Assembly: GCA_045599325.1 (NCBI GenBank)
Contig: JAZRVT010000005.1
Coordinates: forward strand, 17,089 to 81,088
Length of the DNA stretch: 64,000 nucleotides
Direction of reading: 5' to 3'
DNA from: Bacteroidales bacterium
GTDB taxonomy: Bacteria; Bacteroidota; Bacteroidia; Bacteroidales; UBA932
The notes below the pieces were generated by a model, which worked only from the letters and a program-made list of their open reading frames with translations, did no database searches and had not been told where the DNA came from. Each line of letters starts with the position of its first letter. Within the stretch, counting starts at the first letter, position 1. Both the position numbers and the translations under genes were made by a program. This document shows, one piece after another, positions 54,863 to 63,081 of the stretch.

Positions 54863-56410
54863 CTACTCTTTATATAATCCTTCCCTTGAAAGCAGATAGT
54901 CCAGATTGGCGATTCCGTAGAGAACTGCAGCAGTAACCGTCGCAGAGTGGTTCATATACTCAGGGATGACCTTGTCATATGTGTCACAGTCGGTATGCCA
55001 TATCTCGCGGTACTCGAAGTTGTATCCGAGAGGGTCCTGCTCGCTGAACGATATGGCAGGCACCCCGTTGATGGAGAAATATGCGTGGTCGCTGCCACCG
55101 GCGCGCGTCGGTCGCGGCCCCGGCTCCCCTTCTCTCCTTGAGACTGTGAACGGGAACCTCGGATCGATCTCTTTCAAAGGTTCGCACACCTTGACGAAGT
55201 CGTCATACATTGCCGGAGGGACATTGATGCCCATAGCACAGAGAGGGCCGCCGTCGCGGTTGAAATAGTTGGATATCCGCTCCAGAGGCACTGTCCTGTT
55301 CTCAACGAAATACTTTGAGCCGAGAAGGCCGAATTCCTCGCCTGTCCAGACGCAGAAGAGAATGGTGCGCTTAGGCTTTGCGCCCGCGGCAGCAAGCAGC
55401 CGGGCGGACTCAAGAGTGATTGACACTCCGTTACCGTCATCAACAGCTCCGCCGGCGGTATCGTATGCATCCAGATGGCCGCCGCACATCACATACTCAT
55501 CCGGATATTTGCTTCCGCGCAAGATGCCGATCACGTTGTGATACTTGACAGGTCCGCGGTAGAAGTGGTTGCGGATGTCGAACTCCAGCAGGAAATACTC
55601 CTTGCGGAGCACCTTGTCATAGATTATGTCATACTGTTTCTCGTCGAGCTTGATGTCGCAGACGGCCGGGAGGTTCTCCATAGTGAGCTTGTAGCAGTTC
55701 TTGCGGTCGTATAGAATCTGCATAGGAAGCTTTGCCGACTGGATGAACCCCAGCACTCCCGCCTCCACCATTTCGCGGTAGAACAGGGCCGGCTCTTCAA
55801 CCGGTTTCAGGAGTTCCTTCGGAGAATCAGGATGTTCGCGGTTGTAGCGGAAAATCTCACCGTTCTGACGCTCTATGTCCGCGTTGACGGCCTTGATGGA
55901 GTCGCGCTTTGCGTCAGCTTCAGCGGACCAGTCGAGAGGGAAGCCGCTTGACTTGCCTCCGACAAGCACCCAGGAGCCCTTGAGCGCACCTTTCATACGT
56001 TCGAACTCACGCTGGTTCTTCGGCTCGATGAGCACACGGCCCCTCTGGATCCCCTTGGTTCCGGCGGTATAGGAAGGAGTGCCGAAATGGAGCTTCATCC
56101 CGTCGTCGCTCAACATCCTGCCCGACCACGGTCCACGGTTGAAGCCGACGTTGATCTCACCCACTTCCTGAACCTTGACCTCGAGACCCCACGACTCGAA
56201 CTGCTCCTTCACCCAGGCCTCAGCCTCAGTCAGAGCGGCAGAACCTATGAGACGGCCTCCGATCCTGTTGGCGAGGAAATCGTCGTGGTCCATTGTCCTG
56301 TTGTCGGCAGTGCCTGTTTCGATGATCTTCCTGACCACTTTGTCCTGTGCACACACCGGAGCGGCAGCAGTGGCGAACACTGCCAGAACTATCAGAATTA
56401 ATCTCTTCAT
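54863..56410 (-). CDS. M28 family metallopeptidase with inserted PA-like domain
   Basis: 515 aa with a signal peptide. Zinc-ligand blocks GGHLDAYD, DDGNG, GEEFGLLGS and SDHAYF. Confidence 0.88.
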   Translation of the reverse strand: MKRLILIVLAVFATAAAPVCAQDKVVRKIIETGTADNRTMDHDDFLANRIGGRLIGSAALTEAEAWVKEQFESWGLEVKVQEVGEINVGFNRGPWSGRMLSDDGMKLHFGTPSYTAGTKGIQRGRVLIEPKNQREFERMKGALKGSWVLVGGKSSGFPLDWSAEADAKRDSIKAVNADIERQNGEIFRYNREHPDSPKELLKPVEEPALFYREMVEAGVLGFIQSAKLPMQILYDRKNCYKLTMENLPAVCDIKLDEKQYDIIYDKVLRKEYFLLEFDIRNHFYRGPVKYHNVIGILRGSKYPDEYVMCGGHLDAYDTAGGAVDDGNGVSITLESARLLAAAGAKPKRTILFCVWTGEEFGLLGSKYFVENRTVPLERISNYFNRDGGPLCAMGINVPPAMYDDFVKVCEPLKEIDPRFPFTVSRREGEPGPRPTRAGGSDHAYFSINGVPAISFSEQDPLGYNFEYREIWHTDCDTYDKVIPEYMNHSATVTAAVLYGIANLDYLLSREGLYKE

Positions 56411-56425
56411 ATCAGATGGTTTTTG

Positions 56426-57301
56426 TTATTCCCCCGCAATCCGGAGCAGATACTGCCCGTATTGGTTCTTAATCATAGGACCGGCAAGTTCACGGAGTTT
56501 CTCCGCATCGATCCAGCCGTTCTCAAATGCCAGCTCCTCGAGGCAGGCTATCTTCTGGCCCGTACGCTTTTCGAGTGTCTCCACGAAGATGGACGCATCG
56601 GCAAGACTGTCGTGAGTGCCTGTGTCAAGCCAGGCGAAGCCGCGGCCCAGTGTCTGGACCTTCAGCTGTCCGGCTGAGAGGAAACTCTGGTTCACTGTGG
56701 TAATCTCCAGTTCACCCCGGGCCGACGGTTTTATCGTCTTTGCGACCTCCACCACCTTGTTCGGGTAGAAATAAAGTCCGACGACCGCATAATTGCTCTT
56801 CGGCATCTTCGGTTTCTCCTCGATGCTCAGGCAGTTGCCATCCTTGTCGAACTCAGCCACCCCGTAGCGCTCAGGGTCGTTGACCCAATAGCCGAACACA
56901 GTGGCCTTGTTATCCTCTTCCGCTGTGCGGACCGCTTCACGGAGCATCTCAGTAAAACCCGCGCCGTGGAAGATATTGTCCCCAAGCACAAGGCAGGCGC
57001 AGTCGTCGCCCACAAACTCCTCGCCGATTATGAATGCCTGCGCCAGACCGTCCGGAGATGGCTGCTCGGCATATGAGAATGAGACTCCGTAGTCAGAACC
57101 GTCACCGAGCAGACGTTTGAACCCGGGCAGGTCCTGAGGGGTCGAAATAATGAGGATGTCGCGGATTCCGGCAAGCACCAGTGCACTTATCGGATAGTAG
57201 ACCATCGGTTTGTCGTATATCGGGAGCAACTGTTTGCTCACCCCCTTGGTAATCGGGTAAAGGCGGGTGCCGGAACCTCCGGCAAGTACTATTCCTTTCA
57301 T
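56426..57301 (-). CDS. rfbA: glucose-1-phosphate thymidylyltransferase
   Basis: 291 aa. [18 protein letters not shown] and the LGDNIF motif. Confidence 0.95.
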   Translation of the reverse strand: MKGIVLAGGSGTRLYPITKGVSKQLLPIYDKPMVYYPISALVLAGIRDILIISTPQDLPGFKRLLGDGSDYGVSFSYAEQPSPDGLAQAFIIGEEFVGDDCACLVLGDNIFHGAGFTEMLREAVRTAEEDNKATVFGYWVNDPERYGVAEFDKDGNCLSIEEKPKMPKSNYAVVGLYFYPNKVVEVAKTIKPSARGELEITTVNQSFLSAGQLKVQTLGRGFAWLDTGTHDSLADASIFVETLEKRTGQKIACLEELAFENGWIDAEKLRELAGPMIKNQYGQYLLRIAGE

Positions 57302-58452
57302 TGTTTTGTCTCCTGGCGTGTCTCAGCCGGGCTCTGTTTCTTGAAACGTGTGTAATTTCTGTAGAATGAGGACTTGCTTCTGAAACCGCTCTTGATTGCG
57401 ATGTCACCGAGAGATTCGGAAGTCGTCCTGATCAGGTTCTCAGCATAGTCCGCCCTCATCGAATTTATGAAATCCGAGAAGGAGGCGCCGTATTTCTTGT
57501 GGATGAATTCAGAGAGATATGTGCGGTTGGTCCCGACCATCCTCGACAGCCAGTCGAGTGAGATGTCGGGATTGAGGTAGAATCTTTTTCCGATGCACTT
57601 CTCCACTCGCGCCAGAATGACTTCGGACGCCGCCTCGGATGGGGATTCGGCAGAAGATCCGGATTCAGGCACAGGACTCTTCAGGTGGATGCCGGAGAGC
57701 AGGTTGAGGTCGTCAAGAGACATCTCCTGCTGGTAGCCGTAGGTGATGAGAAGAATCAGAGCAATGCAGATAATGGGGCTTCCGATCATATAAAGAGTCG
57801 GCACTTCGGCCCCGCGCGGGAACGGACGCGAGAGGAAGAACAATGTGGCGAGTGCAAGAAGCACAAGCGCTGCGCAGATGCTGCGGTTGCCGATGGCAAA
57901 GTCCTCCTCGACATTCGAATAGTATTCCTTCAGCTTGCGGTGGTGTTGCGCCAGTGCCTTCGAGGCGCTGACAATGCCGAGTGCCAGGAGAATGAGCACG
58001 GCTGACCTGTAGATGTACGAGCCGATGACACGCTTGACCCAGAAGATCACGGGAGACGAGGCGTTCAGCCCTTCACCGAAGGTGACGAGCTTGCAGTAAT
58101 ATTCGGCAGTCCCGAAGCCCATTGCGGTGTAGAGGATCAGGTTCGACGCGCTGATTGCGGCCGCTGTGTATAACATAATCTTCAGAACCTTCTTCGAGGT
58201 ACTCTTCGTGAGCGCAGTGAAGAAATTATATACAAGAAACGGTATGAAAAGGACTGCCGTGGTGGAGACCCAGTCCAGAAGGAAAGTGATTCCAAGGTTC
58301 TGAAGCTTTCCGAATACAAGGTAGATGAAGGCCACTGCGAAATCGAGCATCAGCCATACCATATTGCGCTGATGCCTTGTCCTTGTCAGAGCGGAGAGGA
58401 ACAGCGCTCCGAGCAGGGCGACCATCGAGGGGAGTAAAAGCAGCACTTCCAT
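57298..58452 (-). CDS. membrane-anchored AraC family transcriptional regulator
   Basis: 384 aa. About 7 N-terminal TM segments and a C-terminal AraC-type HTH pair ([21 protein letters not shown]...[20 protein letters not shown]). Its stop overlaps the rfbA start by 4 nt (ATGA). Confidence 0.85.
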   Translation of the reverse strand: MEVLLLLPSMVALLGALFLSALTRTRHQRNMVWLMLDFAVAFIYLVFGKLQNLGITFLLDWVSTTAVLFIPFLVYNFFTALTKSTSKKVLKIMLYTAAAISASNLILYTAMGFGTAEYYCKLVTFGEGLNASSPVIFWVKRVIGSYIYRSAVLILLALGIVSASKALAQHHRKLKEYYSNVEEDFAIGNRSICAALVLLALATLFFLSRPFPRGAEVPTLYMIGSPIICIALILLITYGYQQEMSLDDLNLLSGIHLKSPVPESGSSAESPSEAASEVILARVEKCIGKRFYLNPDISLDWLSRMVGTNRTYLSEFIHKKYGASFSDFINSMRADYAENLIRTTSESLGDIAIKSGFRSKSSFYRNYTRFKKQSPAETRQETKQ

Positions 58453-58493
58453 ATCACAAAACTACTCAACTTGAATCAAAAATGCAACAAGTG

Positions 58494-59678
58494 TCAGCAG
58501 GTTACACCTGTCCATTCCACCTCACCGCCCCATATGTCAAGGAATCTGAGGAGATCTTCGCGCGGAATCACGAGGCTGGCGGTGTTGTCGCAGGGGTGGA
58601 AACTGATGTTGGCGGCATTCTTCAGGTCCGAATCGAGATATAGTTTCACCCGGTGGCCGTTCTCGAAGAGTTCCTTCGGGTCAGCGGCGGAGAGGTCAAT
58701 GTCATTGATGAGGCCCAGAGGAGACACGGAACCCGGCTTCAGGCCGAGGCAGCGCATCATCCTTTCGGCAGAACCGAAGGAGAGCTTGCCCTGATGAAGC
58801 ACCTTCTCCAGCGCGTGGATGTCGAAATCCTTCCAGCAGGCGAAAGAGATCAGATAATGGCGGTTGCCCTTGTGGTTCCGCATAAAGAGGTTCTTGCAGT
58901 GGACGCAGTCACTTATGTCTTTCCAGTACTCCATAGCCTCTTCGATTGTAAACAGAGGCGGGTGCTCTACCATCTGATACCTGATGCCGTGGACATTCAG
59001 GAAATCAAGCGTGCGCTGGCGCTGGTATGCGCGGTCGAACCAGTCGCGTAACTCGGTCTCACCCTCTGCAGTCTCCTGGTTGCGGATCATCTCCCGCAGC
59101 GACTCAAGCCTTGCCGCATTGTCGGACTCCGGAATCCATAGGCGGAGATAGCCCCCGTCGCCGTATTTCTCGCGGAGATGGTCCAGAGTGCGCTGCCAGT
59201 GCCCTTCGCGGTCGAGCTCAGGATAGTGGTCGAGGCCGTACTGGACAGTGCGGCTGACTATCGTGCGCGGGAATATCTCCCTGTCCGCCTCGGCCAGAAT
59301 CAGGCCGTATATGCTTCTCGGCTCGCTTTTGCTGGAAGCGCGGTGATCCTCGGCGGCCTGTGCTATCTCTTCTATCTCCTCATCAGAGAACCATTCACGC
59401 AGCCGCCCGTCGGCACGGATTATCCTTCCTGAGGCAAGGTGGTGCACCTCCCTGCCCTCTATGATACCAAGGTCGTGGTATGCGGCGGCAGCAAGCAGTA
59501 TTCTGTCCTCCACAGGCCGGCCCCAGCGGTCACGGCCTCCGCCGGCGCGGGCACGCACTCTGGCGGCTATCTCAAGCGACTGGCTGATGACGGTGCGGAC
59601 GTGGTCCGCGCGGTGCGCCGCGTCAAAGGCGGCATAGCGCGGTATTATCTCTTTCTCAATGAAATCTTCGAGTTTCAC
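58494..59678 (-). CDS. fusion protein: N-terminal HD-domain phosphohydrolase and C-terminal YbaK/ProX-type aminoacyl-tRNA deacylase domain
   Basis: One uninterrupted frame. The HD part has HRADHV...AAAYHDLG...AEDHR. From about residue 220, RTLDFLNVHGIRYQMVEHPPLFTIEEA...HCKNLFMRN...GLKPGSVSPLGLIND is a prolyl-tRNA-synthetase-associated (YbaK-like) domain. Start proposed at GTG 59678 (MKLEDFIEKEIIPRY), since no in-frame ATG exists near the start of the HD domain and a -7 box lies 23 nt upstream. Confidence 0.75.
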   Translation of the reverse strand: MKLEDFIEKEIIPRYAAFDAAHRADHVRTVISQSLEIAARVRARAGGGRDRWGRPVEDRILLAAAAYHDLGIIEGREVHHLASGRIIRADGRLREWFSDEEIEEIAQAAEDHRASSKSEPRSIYGLILAEADREIFPRTIVSRTVQYGLDHYPELDREGHWQRTLDHLREKYGDGGYLRLWIPESDNAARLESLREMIRNQETAEGETELRDWFDRAYQRQRTLDFLNVHGIRYQMVEHPPLFTIEEAMEYWKDISDCVHCKNLFMRNHKGNRHYLISFACWKDFDIHALEKVLHQGKLSFGSAERMMRCLGLKPGSVSPLGLINDIDLSAADPKELFENGHRVKLYLDSDLKNAANISFHPCDNTASLVIPREDLLRFLDIWGGEVEWTGVTC

Positions 59679-59701
59679 GGGTTCAGGCGGTTTATTCTCT
59701 G

Positions 59702-59709
59702 CAAAGATA
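59702..59709 (-). promoter_or_regulatory. -7 promoter box TATCTTTG (minus strand) upstream of the HD-YbaK gene
   Basis: Plus strand reads CAAAGATA. Exact TAnnTTTG, 23 nt upstream of GTG 59678. Confidence 0.4.
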
Positions 59710-59713
59710 TCAT

Positions 59714-59721
59714 TATATTTG
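59714..59721 (+). promoter_or_regulatory. -7 promoter box TATATTTG upstream of the esterase gene
   Basis: Exact TAnnTTTG, 5 nt before the ATG at 59727. Back-to-back with the minus-strand box, 4 nt away. Confidence 0.45.
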
Positions 59722-59726
59722 CAGAT

Positions 59727-60566
59727 ATGAAACGCGTAATCCTCCTCTTTGCGGCATTCCTGCTGGGTGCGGGAAGCATCGCATCCGCGCAGCCGAAACT
59801 GCACATCGTAGATTCCAGATACCTCCACTGCAACGACACCGTGGCAGTCTGGTCGCCTTCTTCCGCAGCGGCGCAGAAGTCGATCCCTGCAGTCTTCCTG
59901 CTCCACGGCTGGAGCGGCTGCTGGTCCAACTGGGGCAACAAGATGGACCTCCAGGCCCTCAGCGACGAGACCGGCTGGCGCATCATCTGCCCGGACGGGT
60001 TCTATGCAAGCTGGTATATCGACAACGCAGACCCTGAGAAGATGCAGTGGCGCACCTTCTTCTGGGAGGAGCTCTGGCCGCTGCTCTCCGAAGAGTACGG
60101 GCTCGACCCTGACAGAACCTTCATCACCGGCCTCTCTATGGGCGGCCACGGAGCGATGAATGTCTTCCTCGACCGTCCTGAATGCTTTGCCGGAGGAGGC
60201 TCGATGAGCGGTGTCCTTGACCTGAGGTACGCCTCAGGCGTCACCGGGGCTATCCCTGAGATGCTCGGAAGGAAGGACATCGGCGAATGCTCCGACCAGG
60301 CGGCCGTCTGGCGGCTTGACGGCGTCCTCAACAGGGTCGGACCTGCTGTTATGAGGGACAAGGTGATTGTGGTCACCTGCGGCACTGAAGACTCCCTCTA
60401 CCCGGCATCAGTGGCATTCTCCACCCGCTGCCGCGAGCTCGGCCTGCCTGTAGTGGCAATGTATTCAAAGGGTGTCCACAACTGGCAGTACTGGACATAC
60501 ATTGTCCGGTACCACATCGGATGGTTCGCCGAGCAGATGGAGAGACTGTCAGCCCAGAAGAATTGA
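59727..60566 (+). CDS. secreted esterase family protein (alpha/beta hydrolase, 'putative esterase' type)
   Basis: 279 aa from the ATG at 59727. Signal peptide MKRVILLFAAFLLGAGSIASAQ, LLHGWSG, and nucleophile elbow GLSMGGHGA. Confidence 0.85.
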   Translation: MKRVILLFAAFLLGAGSIASAQPKLHIVDSRYLHCNDTVAVWSPSSAAAQKSIPAVFLLHGWSGCWSNWGNKMDLQALSDETGWRIICPDGFYASWYIDNADPEKMQWRTFFWEELWPLLSEEYGLDPDRTFITGLSMGGHGAMNVFLDRPECFAGGGSMSGVLDLRYASGVTGAIPEMLGRKDIGECSDQAAVWRLDGVLNRVGPAVMRDKVIVVTCGTEDSLYPASVAFSTRCRELGLPVVAMYSKGVHNWQYWTYIVRYHIGWFAEQMERLSAQKN

Positions 60567-61841
60567 TCTGAGGGCGTCTGCATCCGCCTCCATCGACTGA
60601 TGGGAGCGCGGCTTCTCAAGGATTTCCCGGAACCTTTCAGGGAGTTCGGGCCTCTGTCCGATGCTCTCCGAGATCACCGTGCCGAACTTCGCTGCGTGAG
60701 CCGTCGAGACCCACCAGCCCTCAGCATTGCAGTCGCGGTAGGTGAGATAGCCCACAGCGCTGTGAGGGTCTGACAGATAGCCGTATCTCTCATAGAGTTC
60801 CGAAATGCCATTCCTGATCTGGCCGTCGCTGTAGCTGCGCCCTTCCACCATAGAGGTGACTTTCCCGAAATCTCCGTTGAAGAGATACATCATCCTCTCG
60901 AAGTTGCTCGGAGCGCCCACATCCATCGCATTGGCCACCGTCTGCACTGACGGGCCGGGACAGTATCCGCCTGTCGCAAGGAACTTGGGCACCACGTCGT
61001 TGGCATTCGCGCCGGCAAGGAACCTGCGTACAGGAAGGCCCATCTTCCAGGCCAGCATCCCGGAGGTGATGTTGCCGTAGTTGCCGCTCGGGACCACGAT
61101 ATCCGGAGCATTCCCGTCCCCGTGGCGCTGGCGCCAGAGGCTCCAGCCGTAGAAATAATAAAACGACTGCGGAATCCAGCGGAGGATGTTGATGGAGTTG
61201 GCGGATGTGATGCGGACCTTTGTGCGGAGCTCCTGGTCGAGGAACATCTCCTTGACGAGGCGCTGGCAGTCGTCGAAACTGCCCCTGACGCTCACAGGGA
61301 AGATATTTCCGCCGAGGGTGGTCATCTGGGCCTCCTGAAGGTCGCTGACGCGTCCTTCAGGATAGAGAACCACCACCCTGACTCCCGGGACGTTCCAGAA
61401 GCCCTGCGCCACCGCGCTGCCGGTATCGCCCGAAGTGGCGGTAAGAACGGTGATATCGCTGCCGCCGATGTTCAGCAGTCCCATCATACGGCCCATGAAG
61501 CGGCCGCCGAAATCCTTGAATGCGAAGGTCGGTCCGTGGAAGAGCTGAAGTGTGTCGAGGCCTTCCGCAACGTTGACCATCGGAACATCGAAGTTGAATG
61601 CGTCCCTGACCACCTTCTCCAGGTCCCGGCGGTCCACATCATCTCCGAAAAGCAGGCTGCAGAGATAGAGTGCCATATCGGCGAATGACTTGCGCGCCTC
61701 GAAATCCACTGCGTCCATATCGGCCTGCGGGAATCTCTCCGGCATGAAGAGCCCTCCGTCCGGGGCGAGTCCGAGAAATGCCGCCTCCCTGAGGCTGAAC
61801 GGATTCAGACGTTCGGAATCCCTTGTGCTGTAGTACTTCAT
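60549..61841 (-). CDS. thrC: threonine synthase
   Basis: 430 aa. N-terminus MKYYSTRD...GLAPDGGLFMP and PLP-Lys region PTFAFKDFG. Confidence 0.95.
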   Translation of the reverse strand: MKYYSTRDSERLNPFSLREAAFLGLAPDGGLFMPERFPQADMDAVDFEARKSFADMALYLCSLLFGDDVDRRDLEKVVRDAFNFDVPMVNVAEGLDTLQLFHGPTFAFKDFGGRFMGRMMGLLNIGGSDITVLTATSGDTGSAVAQGFWNVPGVRVVVLYPEGRVSDLQEAQMTTLGGNIFPVSVRGSFDDCQRLVKEMFLDQELRTKVRITSANSINILRWIPQSFYYFYGWSLWRQRHGDGNAPDIVVPSGNYGNITSGMLAWKMGLPVRRFLAGANANDVVPKFLATGGYCPGPSVQTVANAMDVGAPSNFERMMYLFNGDFGKVTSMVEGRSYSDGQIRNGISELYERYGYLSDPHSAVGYLTYRDCNAEGWWVSTAHAAKFGTVISESIGQRPELPERFREILEKPRSHQSMEADADALRSILLG

Positions 61842-62767
61842 AACACTCTGGCCCCCTTCCCGGAAACACTGGCCACATACACCTTCGAACCGAGGTTCAG
61901 AAGGGCGAAATGGTCTCTCATTATGTCTGCAATCTTACGTGCAACAGCATCTTCCTTCGATATCGCGAACACAGAAGGACCCGAGCCCGAGATGTTCATC
62001 GCAAGGGCGCCCGCATTGATGACTTTCTCTCTGAGGATGTCGAAACCTGGGATGAAGCCCCTGCGGTAAGGTTCTGCCACAACATCAACCATAGAGCGGC
62101 CCACAAGGTCGATGTCGCCTGTAAGCAGGCCGGCCACAAGACCTCCCACATTGCCCCACTGGCGGACTCCGTCACGCACCGGGATCTCCTTCGGCATAAC
62201 CTCTCTCGCCATCTTGGTGCTGACCTCGATGTCAGGATGGACCACAGTGCAGTGGAAATGAGGAGGGACAGGCAGCTTCACAAGGTCGAGGGGACGGTAT
62301 CCTCTGATGAGGACCACGCCTCCGAGAATCGAAGGGGCCACGTTGTCAGCGTGTGCGACGCCGCCGCTGATGAGTTTCTCGCCCTCCATTGCGAATTCGA
62401 CGAGCCTTTCAGCCGGGAACGGCCTGTCGAACAGCTCATTGAGCGCAAAGACCGCAGCCGCGGACGACGCCGCGCTTGAGCCGATGCCGCTGCCCGGATG
62501 AATCTTCTGCTCGATTACCACATTTACCTTGAAGGAACGGCCCAGCGCCGCAAAGAAGGCCATTATTGCAGGGGTCATGACATTCTGCTCCACCTTCGCC
62601 GGCAGGTTCATCCCGCTCCGGTTGTCGATTGAGATGCCGAGGCCCTCCTCGACAGACATCGAGATCACATCGCCTGCGGCATCCATAGCCATACCCATTA
62701 TGTCAAACCCGCAGCCCATGTTCGCCACAGACGCAGGTGCGAATACTCTTATTGATTTTGATTTCAT
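61838..62767 (-). CDS. thrB: homoserine kinase (GHMP family)
   Basis: 309 aa. VFAPASVANMGCGFD and GHMP motif PGSGIGSSAASSAA. Its stop overlaps the thrC start by 4 nt. Confidence 0.92.
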   Translation of the reverse strand: MKSKSIRVFAPASVANMGCGFDIMGMAMDAAGDVISMSVEEGLGISIDNRSGMNLPAKVEQNVMTPAIMAFFAALGRSFKVNVVIEQKIHPGSGIGSSAASSAAAVFALNELFDRPFPAERLVEFAMEGEKLISGGVAHADNVAPSILGGVVLIRGYRPLDLVKLPVPPHFHCTVVHPDIEVSTKMAREVMPKEIPVRDGVRQWGNVGGLVAGLLTGDIDLVGRSMVDVVAEPYRRGFIPGFDILREKVINAGALAMNISGSGPSVFAISKEDAVARKIADIMRDHFALLNLGSKVYVASVSGKGARVL

Positions 62768-62888
62768 TGCTAAAACTATGTCCGGCTGTGCACACCGCTT
62801 CCGGGGTGTGCTGTTAATTAATGATTATTTAGATTTCATTCTGGCTGGCCGGGTTCCGCTGCCCTGGCGGACCTACCGGCAAAAAGAA
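62768..62888 (-). promoter_or_regulatory. GC-rich stem-loop region between the thr leader ORF and thrB (candidate attenuator)
   Basis: Read on the minus strand: ACCCC-GGCG-GGGGU straddles the leader stop and is followed by CUGAAUUCUUUUU. Next comes GCCGG..GGUCCGC-CAGGGCA-GCGGAACC..CCGGC, then GCACACC-CCGGAAGC-GGUGUGC about 30 nt before the thrB ATG. Pairings found by eye only. Confidence 0.4.
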
Positions 62889-62969
62889 TTCAGACCCCCG
62901 CCGGGGTGGTGGCGGTGGTGAGAGCTGTTGTGACAGCCGTTACGGCAGAATATATCAGAAGCACGAACA
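62889..62969 (-). CDS. threonine-rich leader peptide (26 aa) of the thrBC operon
   Basis: Hand translation: MFVLLIYSAVTAVTTALTTATTPAGV*. Seven Thr fall among residues 11-22, with runs ACC ACC GCC ACC ACC. Located 121 nt upstream of thrB on the same strand. Confidence 0.55.
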
Positions 62970-63046
62970 TCTTCACTGTAAATTTACGAAATAGTTCTTT
63001 CTGAACAAATAATGGGACAAAAATTTGAATTAGTAATATGTTTTAC

Positions 63047-63054
63047 TATTTTTG
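63047..63054 (+). promoter_or_regulatory. -7 promoter box TATTTTTG upstream of the VOC-family gene
   Basis: Exact TAnnTTTG, 27 nt upstream of the ATG at 63082. Confidence 0.45.
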
Positions 63055-63081
63055 CAATAATAAAGTAAAAGGGTTTACTGT

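Noticed and set aside
59679-60149. 157-aa N-terminal extension of the 58494-60149 ORF
   Set aside because: It is antisense to the esterase gene, which has a signal peptide and a GxSxG motif. It also lies upstream of a -7 box and has no similarity to HD proteins. The start was moved to GTG 59678.
62529-62921. 130-aa plus-strand ORF spanning the thrB 5' end and leader region
   Set aside because: It is antisense to thrB and to the Thr-rich leader. The product is low complexity, and the region is better explained as thrB plus its leader/attenuator.
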